Source: Escherichia coli (lineage in GTDB: Bacteria > Pseudomonadota > Gammaproteobacteria > Enterobacterales > Enterobacteriaceae). Taken from it: 64,000 bases of DNA. Shown one piece after another: positions 45,154-61,842 of the stretch; position 1 is the stretch's first letter, and each line of letters begins with the position of its first letter. Both the position numbers and the translations under genes were made by a program. The DNA lies in assembly GCF_044324785.1 (NCBI RefSeq), contig NZ_CP172127.1; one strand, 5' to 3'. The notes beneath the pieces were generated by a model that was not told the origin of the DNA, made no database searches, and saw only the letters and a program-made list of their open reading frames with translations.

Positions 45154-45924
45154 ATGTTACGTATTGCGGACAAAACGTTTGATTCACATCTGTTTACCGG
45201 CACCGGGAAATTCGCCTCTTCACAACTGATGGTGGAGGCGATCCGCGCTTCCGGCAGCCAGCTGGTGACACTGGCGATGAAACGCGTCAACTTGCGCCAG
45301 CACAACGACGCAATCCTCGAACCGCTTATCGCGGCGGGTGTGACCCTGCTGCCGAATACTTCCGGGGCGAAAACAGCGGAAGAAGCCATTTTCGCCGCCC
45401 ATCTGGCACGTGAAGCATTAGGCACAAACTGGCTAAAATTAGAGATTCACCCTGACGCCCGCTGGCTGTTGCCCGATCCCATCGAAACCCTGAAAGCCGC
45501 CGAAACGCTGGTACAACAGGGATTTGTCGTGCTGCCTTACTGCGGGGCCGATCCGGTATTGTGTAAACGTCTGGAAGAAGTCGGCTGTGCAGCGGTGATG
45601 CCGCTCGGCGCGCCGATTGGCTCGAATCAGGGACTGGAAACCCGCGCCATGCTGGAGATTATTATCCAGCAGGCCACCGTTCCGGTGGTTGTCGATGCTG
45701 GCATCGGCGTTCCCAGCCATGCCGCGCAGGCGCTGGAAATGGGGGCCGACGCGGTGTTAGTGAATACGGCGATTGCCGTCGCGGACGATCCCGTCAACAT
45801 GGCGAAGGCATTTCGTCTGGCGGTAGAAGCAGGCCTGCTGGCACGTCAGTCCGGACCGGGCAGCCGCAGTCATTTTGCTCATGCCACCAGCCCGCTGACT
45901 GGATTTCTGGAGGCATCGGCATGA
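45154..45924 (+). CDS. thiG: Thiazole synthase
   Basis: 256 aa from [20 protein letters not shown]... Confidence 0.92.
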   Translation: MLRIADKTFDSHLFTGTGKFASSQLMVEAIRASGSQLVTLAMKRVNLRQHNDAILEPLIAAGVTLLPNTSGAKTAEEAIFAAHLAREALGTNWLKLEIHPDARWLLPDPIETLKAAETLVQQGFVVLPYCGADPVLCKRLEEVGCAAVMPLGAPIGSNQGLETRAMLEIIIQQATVPVVVDAGIGVPSHAAQALEMGADAVLVNTAIAVADDPVNMAKAFRLAVEAGLLARQSGPGSRSHFAHATSPLTGFLEASA

Positions 45925-47054
45925 AAACCTTCAGCGATCGCTGGCGACAACTGGACTGGGACGACATCCGCCTGCGTATCAACGGCAAAACGGCTGCTGA
46001 CGTAGAGCGGGCGCTAAATGCCTCGCAACTCACCCGCGACGATATGATGGCGCTGTTATCGCCAGCCGCCAGTGGCTATCTGGAACCACTGGCCCAACGG
46101 GCGCAGCGTCTGACCCGTCAGCGATTTGGCAACGTCGTCAGCTTCTACGTCCCGCTTTATCTTTCCAATCTTTGCGCTAACGACTGCACGTACTGCGGAT
46201 TTTCCATGAGCAATCGCATCAAGCGCAAAACGCTGGATGAAGCGGATATTGCCAGGGAAAGCGCCGCTATACGGGAGATGGGCTTTGAACATCTGCTATT
46301 AGTCACTGGTGAACATCAGGCGAAAGTGGGGATGGATTACTTTCGTCGTCATCTCCCTGCCCTGCGTGAACAGTTCTCTTCACTACAGCTGGAAGTGCAA
46401 CCGCTGGCGGAGGCGGAATACGCCGAGTTAAAGCAACTTGGTCTGGATGGCGTGATGGTTTATCAGGAGACATATCACGAGGCGACTTATGCCCGCCATC
46501 ATCTGAAAGGCAAAAAACAGGACTTCTTCTGGCGGCTGGAAACGCCGGATCGGCTGGGGCGTGCGGGGATTGATAAGATAGGCCTCGGCGCGCTAATTGG
46601 CCTTTCCGACAGCTGGCGCGTTGACTGCTATATGGTTGCCGAACATTTGCTATGGCTGCAACAGCATTACTGGCAAAGCCGCTACTCTGTCTCCTTCCCT
46701 CGTCTGCGTCCGTGTACTGGCGGCATTGAGCCGGCGTCGATTATGGATGAACGCCAGTTAGTGCAAACCATCTGCGCCTTCCGGCTGCTTGCACCGGAGA
46801 TTGAACTGTCACTCTCCACGCGGGAATCACCGTGGTTTCGCGATCGCGTTATTCCGCTGGCAATTAATAACGTCAGCGCTTTTTCGAAAACGCAGCCAGG
46901 GGGTTATGCCGACAATCACCCCGAGCTGGAACAGTTCTCACCACACGACGATCGCAGACCTGAAGCGGTTGCCGCCGCGTTAACCGCTCAGGGTTTGCAG
47001 CCGGTATGGAAAGACTGGGACAGCTATCTGGGACGCGCCTCGCAAAGGCCATGA
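45921..47054 (+). CDS. thiH: 2-iminoacetate synthase (tyrosine lyase), radical SAM
   Basis: 377-aa ORF; [10 protein letters not shown] radical-SAM motif. Confidence 0.92.
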   Translation: MKTFSDRWRQLDWDDIRLRINGKTAADVERALNASQLTRDDMMALLSPAASGYLEPLAQRAQRLTRQRFGNVVSFYVPLYLSNLCANDCTYCGFSMSNRIKRKTLDEADIARESAAIREMGFEHLLLVTGEHQAKVGMDYFRRHLPALREQFSSLQLEVQPLAEAEYAELKQLGLDGVMVYQETYHEATYARHHLKGKKQDFFWRLETPDRLGRAGIDKIGLGALIGLSDSWRVDCYMVAEHLLWLQQHYWQSRYSVSFPRLRPCTGGIEPASIMDERQLVQTICAFRLLAPEIELSLSTRESPWFRDRVIPLAINNVSAFSKTQPGGYADNHPELEQFSPHDDRRPEAVAAALTAQGLQPVWKDWDSYLGRASQRP

Positions 47055-47247
47055 GACAGAATGTAAGAACGTAAATTTATTCCGAGCCGCTACGGAAGAT
47101 GAAAAACGCAAGGTTGTTGAAAGCGTTGTGTTTTTTTATGGTAGTGCCGTCAGCAGGAATGTTGTCCAGGGCGAAAAGCTTCTTCCTCGTTTCGCCCTGC
47201 CTTTCTTAATATTTCCCGTGAAGACTTTGCCCTCTGAATAACTCCCA

Positions 47248-47276
47248 TAAAAAAACCCGCCGAAGCGGGTTTTTAC
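47248..47276 (-). terminator. Intrinsic terminator of the rplKAJL-rpoBC operon
   Basis: Minus-strand cgtaaaaacccgcttcggcgggttttttt hairpin plus U-tract, about 20 nt after the rpoC stop. Confidence 0.85.
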
Positions 47277-47295
47277 GTTATTTGCGGATTAACGA

Positions 47296-50200
47296 TTACT
47301 CGTTATCAGAACCGCCCAGACCTGCGTTCAGCAGTTCTGCCAGGCTGGCAGATGCGTCTTCTGCAGTCACCTGCGGTGCAGCCGGAGCTTCACCCGCAGC
47401 ACGGCGACGCATACGATCCTGGTGATACGCGTAACCGGTACCAGCCGGGATCAGACGACCCACGATAACGTTCTCTTTCAGGCCGCGCAGTTCGTCGCGT
47501 TTGCCCGCAACGGCTGCTTCGGTCAGCACGCGAGTGGTCTCCTGGAACGATGCCGCGGAGATGAAGGACTCGGTTGCCAGAGACGCTTTGGTGATACCCA
47601 GCAGATCGCGGGAGTAAGTTGCCCCCACTTTGCCGTTCGCTTCCAGTTCGCGGTTTGCGATCTTGACGCGAGAGTATTCAACCTGTTCGCCTTCCAGGAA
47701 GTCGGAGCTGCCCGCGTTAACGATGGTAGCTTTACGCAGCATCTGACGAACGATAACTTCGATGTGTTTATCGTTAATCTTAACGCCCTGCAGACGGTAT
47801 ACGTCCTGTACTTCGTTAACGATGTAACGAGTAACAGCATGAACACCACGCAGACGCAGAATGTCGTGCGGCGCTTCCGGACCGTCGGAAATTACGTCAC
47901 CACGTTCTACACGTTCACCTTCGAACACGTTGAGCTGACGCCATTTCGGAATCATCTCTTCGTACGGATCGCTACCGTCTACCGGGGTGATAACCAGACG
48001 ACGTTTACCTTTGGTTTCTTTACCGAAGGAAACGATACCGCTGATTTCAGCCAGGATTGCCGGCTCTTTCGGACGACGTGCTTCGAACAGGTCCGCAACG
48101 CGCGGCAGACCACCGGTGATGTCCTTGGTACCGCCGGATTCCTGCGGAATACGCGCCAGGGTGTCACCAGAGCTGATCTGTACGCCATCTTCCAGCTGAA
48201 CAATCGCTTTACCTGGCAGGAAGTACTGCGCAGGCATATCGGTACCCGGGATCAGAACGTCGTTACCCTGAGCATCAACGATTTTCAGTGCCGGACGCAG
48301 ATCTTTACCACCTGCGGTACGTTCTGCGGAATCCAGAACCACCAGCGAAGACAGACCGGTCAGTTCGTCGGTCTGACGCGTAATGGTCTGGCCGTCGATC
48401 ATGTCAGTAAAGCGTACAAAACCGCTTACTTCGGTGATAACCGGCATGGTGTGCGGGTCCCAGTTTGCAACGGTTTCGCCGCCAGCAACCTGTTCGCCAT
48501 CGCCTTTCGCCAGTACCGCACCGTAAGGTACTTTGTAGCTTTCTTTGGTACGACCGAATTCGTCGATCAGTTTCAGTTCGGTGTTACGGGAAGTGATAAC
48601 CAGTTTACCGCTGGAGTTCACAACCGACTTCACGTTGCTGAGCTTGATGCTACCTTTGTTTTTCACCTGGATGCTGGATTCAGCAGCCGCACGAGATGCC
48701 GCACCACCGATGTGGAACGTACGCATGGTCAGCTGTGTACCCGGTTCACCGATGGACTGTGCCGCGATAACACCGATTGCTTCACCTTTGTTGATGATGT
48801 GGCCACGCGCCAGGTCACGACCGTAGCAGTGCGCACATACACCAAAGTCGGTGTCACAAGATACAACAGAACGTACTTTAACCGCGTCGACAGAGTTCTC
48901 TTCCAGCAGGTCACACCACTGTTCGTGCAGCAGCGTGTTGCGCGGAACGAGGATATCAGCAGTACCCGGCTTCAGAACGTCTTCAGCAGTTACACGACCC
49001 AGTACGCGATCGCGCAGCGGCTCTTTAACGTCACCACCTTCGATAACCGGAGTCATCATGATACCTTCATGAGTACCACAATCGTCTTCGGTAACCACCA
49101 GGTCCTGCGCCACGTCAACCAGACGACGAGTCAGGTAACCGGAGTTCGCAGTTTTCAGTGCGGTATCCGCCAGACCTTTACGCGCACCGTGGGTGGAGAT
49201 GAAGTACTGGAGTACGTTCAGACCTTCACGGAAGTTCGCGGTGATTGGCGTTTCGATGATGGAGCCATCCGGCTTCGCCATCAGACCACGCATACCAGCA
49301 AGCTGACGAATCTGTGCCGCAGAACCACGCGCACCGGAGTCGGCCATCATGTAGATGCTGTTGAAGGAAACCTGCTTCTCTTCCTGACCGTCACGGTTAA
49401 TCACGGTTTCAGTTTGCAGGTTATCCATCATCGCTTTGGATACACGATCGTTCGCCGCAGCCCAGATATCGATAACTTTGTTGTAGCGTTCGCCCGCAGT
49501 TACCAGACCAGACTGGAACTGCTCCTGAATTTCAGCAACTTCTGCTTCTGCCTCGGAGATGATTTCGTGTTTCTTCTCCGGGATGACCATGTCATCGATA
49601 CCAACAGATGCACCAGAACGCGCTGCATAGGCAAAGCCGGTATACATGATCTGGTCCGCAAAAATAACAGTCGGTTTCAGACCGAGAATGCGGTAGCAGG
49701 TGTTCAGCATTTTGGAGATTGCTTTTTTACCCAGCGCCTGGTTGACGATGGAGTAAGGCAGACCTTTCGGTACAATCATCCACAGAATGGCACGGCCAAC
49801 AGTCGTGTCTTTCAGGCTGGTTTTCGCTACTAATTCACCGTTAGCATCTTTTTCATACTCGGTGATACGCACTTTAACGCGCGCATGCAGAGAAGCCAGA
49901 CCAGAGCGATACAGACGTTCTGCTTCTTTCGGGCCAGTCAGCACCATGCCTTCGCCTTTGGCGTTAACACAGTCACGGGTCATGTAGTACAGACCCAGTA
50001 CAACGTCCTGAGACGGAACGATGATTGGTTCGCCGTTCGCCGGGGACAGGATGTTGTTGGTAGACATCATCAGCGCACGCGCTTCCAGCTGGGCTTCCAG
50101 CGTCAGCGGTACGTGAACTGCCATCTGGTCACCATCGAAGTCGGCGTTATATGCCGCACAAACCAGCGGGTGCAGCTGGATAGCTTTACCTTCGATCAGT

Positions 50201-51519
50201 ACCGGTTCAAATGCCTGGATACCCAGACGGTGCAGAGTCGGTGCACGGTTCAGCAGTACCGGGTGTTCGCGGATAACTTCGTCCAGGATATCCCAAACGA
50301 CAGCTTCTTCGCGCTCAACCATTTTCTTCGCAGCTTTAATGGTGGTAGCAAGACCACGCAGTTCCAGCTTGCCGTAGATGAACGGTTTGAACAGCTCCAG
50401 CGCCATTTTCTTCGGCAGACCGCACTGATGCAGACGCAGGTATGGACCTACGGTGATTACAGAACGACCGGAGTAGTCAACACGCTTACCGAGCAGGTTC
50501 TGACGGAAACGACCCTGTTTACCTTTGATCATGTCGGCCAAAGATTTCAGAGGACGCTTGTTAGAACCGGTGATCGCACGACCGCGACGACCGTTATCCA
50601 GCAGGGCGTCTACCGCTTCCTGCAGCATACGTTTTTCGTTACGTACGATGATGTCCGGCGCAGCCAGATCCAGCAGACGTTTCAGACGGTTGTTACGGTT
50701 AATGACGCGACGATACAGATCGTTCAGGTCAGAAGTCGCGAAACGACCACCATCCAGCGGAACCAGCGGACGCAGATCTGGCGGCAGTACCGGCAGAACG
50801 GTCAGGATCATCCACTCTGGTTTGTTACCAGACTGAACGAACGCTTCCAGCAGTTTGATACGCTTGGTCAGCTTTTTACGCTTGGTTTCGGAGTTGGTTT
50901 CGTTCAGCTCTTCACGCAGCTGTTCGCACTCTTGCTCCAGATCCATGCTCTTCAGCAGGGCCTGAATTGCTTCCGCACCCATTTTCGCGTCGAATTCGTC
51001 ACCGAACTCTTCCAGCGCGTCCAGATACTGCTCTTCAGTCAGGATCTGCTGGCGTTCCAGGTTGGTCATACCGCCTTCAATAACCACATAGGATTCGAAG
51101 TACAGTACGCGTTCGATATCGCGCAGCGGCATATCGAGCAGCAGGCCGATACGGGACGGCAGCGATTTCAGGAACCAGATGTGCGCAGTCGGGGAAGCCA
51201 GTTCGATGTGGCCCATACGCTCACGGCGTACTTTAGTCTGGGTCACTTCAACGCCGCACTTCTCACAGATGACGCCACGGTGTTTCAGGCGCTTGTACTT
51301 ACCGCACAGGCACTCGTAATCTTTTACCGGCCCAAAGATACGGGCGCAGAAAAGGCCGTCACGTTCTGGTTTGAACGTACGGTAGTTGATGGTTTCCGGC
51401 TTTTTAACTTCACCGAAAGACCATGAACGGATCATGTCTGGCGAAGCCAGAGCAATTTTGATCGCATCAAACTCTTCGGTTTTAGTCTGCGCTTTCAGAA
51501 ACTTTAATAAATCTTTCAC
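47296..51519 (-). CDS. rpoC: RNA polymerase beta' subunit
   Basis: 1407-aa [67 protein letters not shown]...; catalytic NADFDGD. Confidence 0.98.
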
Positions 51520-51595
51520 GGATTTGCTCCCGTCGGAGTTAGCACAATCCGCTGCCGGGTTTTACCCCGACAGCAGTGACCTGTTTGAGCGAGAA

Positions 51596-54500
51596 TTACT
51601 CGTCTTCCAGTTCGATGTTGATACCCAGCGAACGAATCTCTTTCAACAATACGTTGAAGGATTCTGGCATGCCCGGCTCCATCTGATGGTTGCCGTCCAC
51701 GATGTTCTTATACATCTTGGTACGACCGTTCACGTCATCAGACTTAACGGTGAGCATTTCCTGCAGGGTGTATGCTGCGCCGTATGCTTCCAGCGCCCAC
51801 ACTTCCATCTCCCCGAAACGCTGACCACCGAACTGTGCCTTACCACCCAGCGGCTGCTGAGTAACCAGGCTGTAAGAACCGGTGGAACGCGCGTGCATCT
51901 TGTCGTCGACCAGGTGGTTCAGTTTCAGCATGTACATGTAACCAACGGTTACCGGACGTTCGAACTGTTCACCAGTGCGACCGTCGTACAGGCGGATCTG
52001 ACCAGAAGTCGGCAGGTCGCCAAGTTTCAGCAGCTCTTTAATTTCTGCTTCTTTCGCACCGTCGAACACCGGCGTTGCGATTGGCATACCTTTGCGCAGG
52101 TTTTCAGCCAGACGCATAACTTCTTCATCGCTGAAGGTACTCAGGTCAACTTTCTGACGAACGTCAGCGCCCAGATCGTACGCACGCTGGATGAATTCGC
52201 GCAGTTTCGCGACTTCTTGCTGCTGTTTCAGCATGGCGTTGATCTTGTCGCCGATACCTTTCGCAGCCATACCCAGGTGGGTTTCGAGGATCTGACCGAT
52301 GTTCATACGAGACGGTACGCCCAGCGGGTTCAGTACGATGTCTACCGGCGTACCGTTTTCATCGTAAGGCATATCTTCGATCGGGTTGATCTTAGAAATT
52401 ACACCCTTGTTACCGTGACGACCTGCCATCTTGTCACCAGGCTGGATACGGCGTTTAACCGCCAGATATACCTTAACAATCTTCAGCACGCCCGGTGCCA
52501 GATCGTCGCCCTGGGTGATTTTGCGGCGTTTCGCTTCGAGTTTCTTCTCAAACTCGTGTTTCAGTTCGTCATACTGCTCAGCCAGCTGTTCCAGCTGATT
52601 TTGTTTCTCTTCGTCGGTCAGGCCCAGCTCCAGCCAGCGATCGCGCGGCAGTTTGTCGAGCTTCTCAGCTTCAACGCCACCGGCTACCAGCACAGCACGG
52701 ATACGGCTGAACAGACCCGCTTCGAGGATCTGCAGTTCTTCAGACAGGTCTTTCTTCGCCTGTTTGAGCTGCATTTCTTCGATTTCCAGCGCACGTTTGT
52801 CTTTTTCTACGCCATCGCGAGTAAAGACCTGAACGTCGATAACCGTACCGGATACACCGTTTGGTACGCGCAGAGAAGAGTCTTTAACGTCAGACGCTTT
52901 CTCACCGAAGATCGCACGCAGCAGTTTTTCTTCTGGGGTCAGCTGGGTTTCACCTTTCGGCGTTACCTTACCAACCAGAATGTCGCCACCGGTTACTTCC
53001 GCACCAATGTAAACGATACCGGATTCATCCAGTTTGGAGAGCGCAGCTTCACCCACGTTCGGGATGTCAGCGGTGATCTCTTCTGGCCCCAGCTTGGTGT
53101 CACGGGACACACACGCCAGTTCCTGAATGTGGATGGTGGTGAAACGGTCTTCCTGAACAACACGCTCGGATACGAGGATGGAGTCTTCGAAGTTGTAACC
53201 ATTCCACGGCATGAACGCTACGCGCATGTTCTGACCCAGCGCCAGTTCACCGAGGTCGGTGGACGGACCGTCTGCCAGCACGTCGCCACGTTCAACCGGT
53301 TCACCCAGAGACACACACGGCATCTGGTTAATACAGGTGTTCTGGTTAGAACGGGTGTATTTGGTCAGGTTGTAGATGTCGATACCTGCTTCACCCGGAT
53401 ACATCTCGTCTTCGTTAACTTTGATAACGATACGGGAAGCATCCACGTACTGAACGACACCACCACGTTTAGCAACCGCAGTTACACCGGAGTCAACGGC
53501 AACAGCACGTTCCATACCAGTACCAACCAGCGGCTTATCAGCACGCAGAGTCGGAACGGCCTGACGTTGCATGTTCGCACCCATCAATGCACGGTTGGCG
53601 TCATCGTGTTCCAGGAACGGGATCAGGGACGCACCGACGGATACCACCTGCTGGGTGGATACGTCCATGTAGTCAACCTGGTCACGGCTGAACAAGCTGG
53701 ATTCGCCTTTGCTACGGCAAGTTACCAGGTCTTCTACGAAGTGGCCTTCTTCATCCAGGTTGGAGTTCGCCTGGGCGATAACGTAGTTGCCTTCTTCGAT
53801 AGCAGACAGGTAGTGAATTTCGTCAGTTACAACACCGTCGGTCACTTTACGATACGGAGTCTCAAGGAAGCCGTATTCGTTAGTCTGCGCGTATACAGAC
53901 AGGGAGTTGATCAGACCGATGTTCGGACCTTCAGGGGTTTCGATTGGACATACGCGACCGTAGTGAGTCGGGTGTACGTCTCGAACTTCGAAGCCTGCAC
54001 GTTCACGGGTCAGACCACCTGGGCCGAGTGCGGAGATACGACGTTTGTGCGTAATCTCAGACAGCGGGTTGTTCTGGTCCATAAACTGAGACAGCTGGCT
54101 GGAACCGAAGAACTCTTTCACTGCTGCAGAAATCGGCTTGGCGTTGATCATATCCTGAGGCATCAGGGTATCCAGATCGCCCAGAGACAGACGCTCTTTC
54201 ACCGCACGCTCTACACGTACCAGGCCAACGCGGAACTGGTTTTCCGCCATTTCGCCAACGGAACGGATACGACGGTTGCCGAGGTGGTCGATATCATCGA
54301 CTTCGCCTTTACCGTTACGGATATCAATGAGCTTTTTCATAACATCAATGATGTCGTCTTTGCTCAGGATACCGGAACCTTCGATTTCTTCGCGCAGCAG
54401 AGAACGGTTGAACTTCATACGACCAACCGCAGACAAGTCATAACGGTCTTCGGAGAAGAACAGGTTCTCGAACAGGCTTTCAGCTGCTTCACGAGTCGGC

Positions 54501-55624
54501 GGCTCGCCAGGGCGCATCATGCGGTAGATTTCTACCAGTGCGCTCAGACGGTCGTTAGTTGGGTCGACACGTAAGGTTTCAGAGATATATGGGCCGTGAT
54601 CCAGGTCGTTGGTGAACAGCGTTTCGATACGCTTGTGACCAGACTGGCTCAGCTTAGCCAGCAGATCCAGACTCAGCTCCATGTTCGCTGCGCAGATCAG
54701 CTCGCCGGTAGACTCATCAATATAGTCTTTAGCAACCACTTTACCTGCGATGTACTCAACCGGGACTTCGATCAGTTTGACGTCGTCTTTTTCCAGCTGG
54801 CGAATATGGCGCGCAGTAATACGGCGGCCTTTTTCTACGTACACTTTACCGTTAGCTTCGATGTCAAAAGATGCGGTTTCACCACGCAGGCGTTCCGGCA
54901 CCAGTTCCATCTGCAGCTTGTTATCACGGATTTCAAAGATAACTTTTTCAAAGAACAGGTCGAGGATCTGTTCAGTAGTGTAGTTCAGGGCGCGCAGAAT
55001 GATGGTCGCAGGCAGTTTACGGCGACGGTCGATACGTACGAACAGGTTGTCCTTCGGATCGAATTCGAAGTCCAGCCAGGAACCACGGTAAGGGATGATG
55101 CGCGCGTTATACAGCACTTTACCCGAAGAGTGGGTTTTACCTTTGTCGGAGTCAAAGAAGACGCCCGGACTACGGTGCAGCTGGGAAACGATAACGCGCT
55201 CAGTACCGTTGATAACAAAGGTACCGTTGTCAGTCATGAGCGGAATTTCGCCCATGTAGACTTCTTGTTCTTTAATGTCTTTTACGGTGCCTTCCGGCGC
55301 TTCGCGCTCATAGATCACCAGACGCAGTTTAACGCGCAGCGGTGCGGAATAGGTCACGCCACGGATTTGACATTCCTGGACGTCAAACACCGGTTCGCCA
55401 AGGCGGTAGCTGACGTATTGCAGCTCGGAATTACCGCTGTAGCTCTGAATCGGGAATACGGAACGGAAAGCAGCTTCCAGACCATACTGCCCTTCAGGAT
55501 CTTGCTCGATAAATTTCTGAAACGAGTCAAGCTGGATAGAAAGGAGATAAGGTACATCCAGAACTTGTGGACGTTTACCAAAATCCTTACGAATACGTTT
55601 TTTCTCGGTATAGGAGTAAACCAT
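51596..55624 (-). CDS. rpoB: RNA polymerase beta subunit
   Basis: 1342 aa from [38 protein letters not shown]...; ORF track extends 11 codons upstream. Confidence 0.98.
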
Positions 55625-55943
55625 AGGGTTCCTCAGCTCGCTGACAAGTCGACCCATCTGTCCATTGAGCGGACAGTTTGTGCAACACTATTTTGTTGAC
55701 CGGAAAATGGAACACTTTCCGCAATGCCTGTTGCTATCACGCTTAAACCATTTCATTGCGATTTACACAGAACGGGCGTCCTGTCGCAGTATATTAAGTC
55801 GTCGATAGAAACAAGCATTGAAAGGCACAGCAGTAGTCAAACAGTGTGAAACGCTACTGGCGCCTTACAGCGCAAAAAGGCTGGTGACTAAAAAGTCACC
55901 AGCCATCAGCCTGATTTCTCAGGCTGCAACCGGAAGGTTTGGC
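55625..55943 (-). promoter_or_regulatory. rplL-rpoB intercistronic region (attenuator / RNase III processing region)
   Basis: 319-nt non-coding spacer between rplL and rpoB; function assigned from knowledge of the operon, not from motifs resolved here. Confidence 0.5.
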
Positions 55944-56309
<366 letters not shown>

Positions 56310-56375
56310 TTAAATTGTTCCTGAATATCAGAATAAGTTTATACGTAAGCGAATGCGTTAAAAAGATAACTGCGA

Positions 56376-56873
56376 TTAAGCAGCTTCTTTCGCATCGCGT
56401 ACAGCAGCCAGAGTACGAACCAGTTTGCCAGCCGAAGCTTCTTTCATGGTTGCCATCAGGCGTGCAATTGCTTCTTCGTAGGTCGGCAGAGTTGCCAGGC
56501 GGTCGATCTGAGACGCCGGGATCAGCTCACCTTCAAAGGCAGCGGCTTTGACCTCAAATTTTGCATTCGCTTTCGCGAACTCTTTGAACAGACGAGCAGC
56601 AGCGCCCGGGTGTTCCATAGAGTATGCAATCAGGGTCGGACCAACAAACGCGTCTTTCAGGCACTCGAACGGAGTACCTTCAACAGCACGGCGCAGCAGG
56701 GTGTTACGAACAACACGCATGTATACGCCAGCTTCGCGACCTGCTTTACGCAGTTCAGTCATTTTATCTACAGTTACGCCACGGGAATCCGCAACTACTG
56801 CAGACAGCGCGCCTTTGGCTACTTCGCTGACTTCAGCAACAATCGCTTGTTTGTCTTGAAGATTTAAAGCCAT
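56376..56873 (-). CDS. rplJ: Ribosomal protein L10
   Basis: 165-aa [46 protein letters not shown]... Confidence 0.98.
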
Positions 56874-57285
56874 TAGCTTTGCTCCTGGATGTTTGCCAGA
56901 GAAAATCTCTGGAACTCACTTCACTCCTCCAAACGGAGAGAGCGTCTTAATTACGGTGAGCAGAAACAAGCCAGAATATAAAAGAATAATCTTAGCGTTC
57001 TGTCACCGTCTACGCAGGGGATTAAGTTTCTTGCGAAACTCCTGCGGTCTTCGACGGAGGCCTGGATAGGCCAGGCTCCAACGAACAAATCTTTTCTATC
57101 CGTCGCTATTCAGCTTGTGGCGGCGTTGGCTTCCTTCGTTCGCACCAGTCACATAGTTAGCTATGCTCCTGGCGACTCACTCAGTTGCCGCCTTGCCACA
57201 ACCCGAATATCTCGGATATACGTCTGCATTAAGCATTATACGTGGGGGTAAGATTGTAGACAAAATCACCGCCCACGTAAAGGCA
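56874..57285 (-). promoter_or_regulatory. rplJ leader (L10 promoter and L10-L12 autoregulatory leader region)
   Basis: About 410-nt untranslated leader between rplA and rplJ; role assigned from operon knowledge. Confidence 0.5.
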
Positions 57286-58485
<1,200 letters not shown>

Positions 58486-58580
58486 TTACGGGCAAGGCCC
58501 ATAAAAACAAAAGGCGCGAAATTGTATTCCAATCTCGCGCCTTGTGCAACGATTAAATCGCCGCTTTTTTGATCGCTGGG

Positions 58581-59126
58581 TTAGGCTTTTTCAACCTGGC
58601 TGAAGTCCAGCTCTACCGGGGTCGCACGACCGAAGATAGAAACAGACACTTTCAGACGAGACTTCTCGTAATCCACCTCTTCAACGACACCGTTGAAGTC
58701 AGCGAACGGACCATCATTAACACGGACCATTTCACCCGGTTCAAACAGCGTTTTCGGACGCGGCTTATCACCAACCTGCTGCAGGCGGTTCATAATCGCA
58801 TCGACTTCTTTATCGCTGATTGGCGCAGGACGATCGGAAGTACCGCCGATGAAGCCCATCACACGCGGTACGCTGCGCACCAGGTGCCAGCTCGCGTCGT
58901 TCATCACCATCTGAACGAGGACGTAGCCAGGGAAGAATTTGCGTTCGCTTTTGCGACGCTGACCGCCACGGATTTCAACCACTTCTTCGGTTGGTACCAT
59001 GACTTCACCAAACAAATCTTCCATGTTGTGTAATTTGATATGCTCACGCAGCGACGTTGCTACGCGGCCTTCAAAACCGGAAAACGCCTGAACGACGTAC
59101 CAGCGCTTTTTAGGAGCTTCAGACAT
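58581..59126 (-). CDS. nusG: Transcription termination/antitermination factor NusG
   Basis: 181-aa [43 protein letters not shown]... Confidence 0.97.
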
Positions 59127-59127
59127 C

Positions 59128-59511
59128 TCAGAACCTCAGGCCAGTGATAAAGGATACCAGGCGAACCAGAATACCATCCAGTCCCCACAGGATCAGTGAC
59201 ATTACTGCGGTAACCGCAGCCACAATCAGCGTGGTGTGCAATGTTTCCTGGCGAGTCGGCCAAATGACCTTACGGACTTCGGTACGCGCTTCACGGGCAA
59301 AAGCAACGGTAGCTTTACCTTTTGTCGTTAACAGCGCGACACCACCCGCTGCAGCAATCAGAATTACTACGGCCAGCGCACGCAGCGGCAGCATAATGTC
59401 GCGATAAAGGTAGTTGCCGACAATCGCCACCAGGAGCAATGCCACCACAACGACCCACTTCATCGCTTCCAGGCCGCGCCCGCTTCCTTGAGCTTCGGTA
59501 TTCGCACTCAT
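59128..59511 (-). CDS. secE: Preprotein translocase subunit SecE
   Basis: 127-aa hydrophobic [39 protein letters not shown]... Confidence 0.95.
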
Positions 59512-59684
59512 AAACCAACCTGTCAGAAGTATTCTACAAACATTTTCACCCCGCGATCGCGAGGCAAACCAAATCGAAACGCGTATTAGCTTTTCGGATT
59601 ATACGCCCTCAACAGAGCCTGTCTCAGCAATGATTATGACAAAGAAAATCACTGATGAGCCAGGTTCTGGTACGAAAGCGTGCA

Positions 59685-59710
59685 AAAAGGGCATCAAATG
59701 ATGCCCTTTT
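59685..59710 (-). terminator. Intrinsic terminator downstream of tufB
   Basis: Hairpin aaaagggcatcaaatgatgccctttt about 30 nt after the tufB stop. Confidence 0.75.
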
Positions 59711-59740
59711 AGTGCGCATTGCGTCAAATGTTATCGGCAA

Positions 59741-60961
<1,221 letters not shown>

Positions 60962-61039
60962 TCACCACATCAACCAGGCAACATGCCCGACTTGTTGAAT
61001 GCAATAAACAGAAGGAAAAAACAGGGAGGAGAAAAGAAG

Positions 61040-61115
61040 TGGTGCTGATAGGCAGATTCGAACTGCCGACCTCACCCTTACCAAGGGTGCGCTCTACCAA
61101 CTGAGCTATATCAGC
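61040..61115 (-). tRNA. thrT: tRNA-Thr(GGU)
   Basis: Reverse complement GCTGATATAGCTCAGTTGGTAGAGCGCACCCTTGGTAAGGGTGAGGTCGGCAGTTCGAATCTGCCTATCAGCACCA. Confidence 0.95.
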
Positions 61116-61121
61116 ACATCT

Positions 61122-61196
<75 letters not shown>

Positions 61197-61312
61197 ATCC
61201 TGGAACTCGGCTACCTGATTTTCATTCTGCACTGAATATCGAGAGAAGCTCTCTTTATTCGAGCCGGTAAGCGAACTTATCGTCTCGGGCTACGCCATCG
61301 CGTGGCCGAAAT

Positions 61313-61397
<85 letters not shown>

Positions 61398-61405
61398 GGA
61401 CTTGA

Positions 61406-61481
<76 letters not shown>

Positions 61482-61842
61482 ATCAAGTAGCGCGCATTCT
61501 ATGGAGACATGCGAGTTCATGCAACTAAAAAATTGCATAATTTGTTTTATTGGTCACATTTTATGCGACACGATGAAGAAACAGCCGAACGGAAGGCAGA
61601 TTAGCACACTTTTTCAACATCATTGTGCTCAACAATGCGCTCCTGCTAAACCATAATTCTTTTTATCAGATGGAATATCTGTCACATTGCTTTTCAACGA
61701 TAGCTTCCTGGGAGAGATTTTTTCTTATTATTCCTCCCCATCTGGTGTTACCCTCCTGCCCATTAACCCATTCAACAGAACTGTGACGCGCCATGGCAAA
61801 TATCGCTTTGCCGATAGAGCTATGACCGCCAGAAACATGCTT

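Noticed and set aside
47422-55699. Very long ORFs antisense to rpoC and rpoB (803, 513, 1062 and 367 aa on the plus strand)
   Set aside because: They lie exactly opposite highly expressed genes with strong codon bias, which depletes stop codons in the antisense frame. Their translations are low-complexity with no recognisable domains, and the sense-strand genes are unambiguous.
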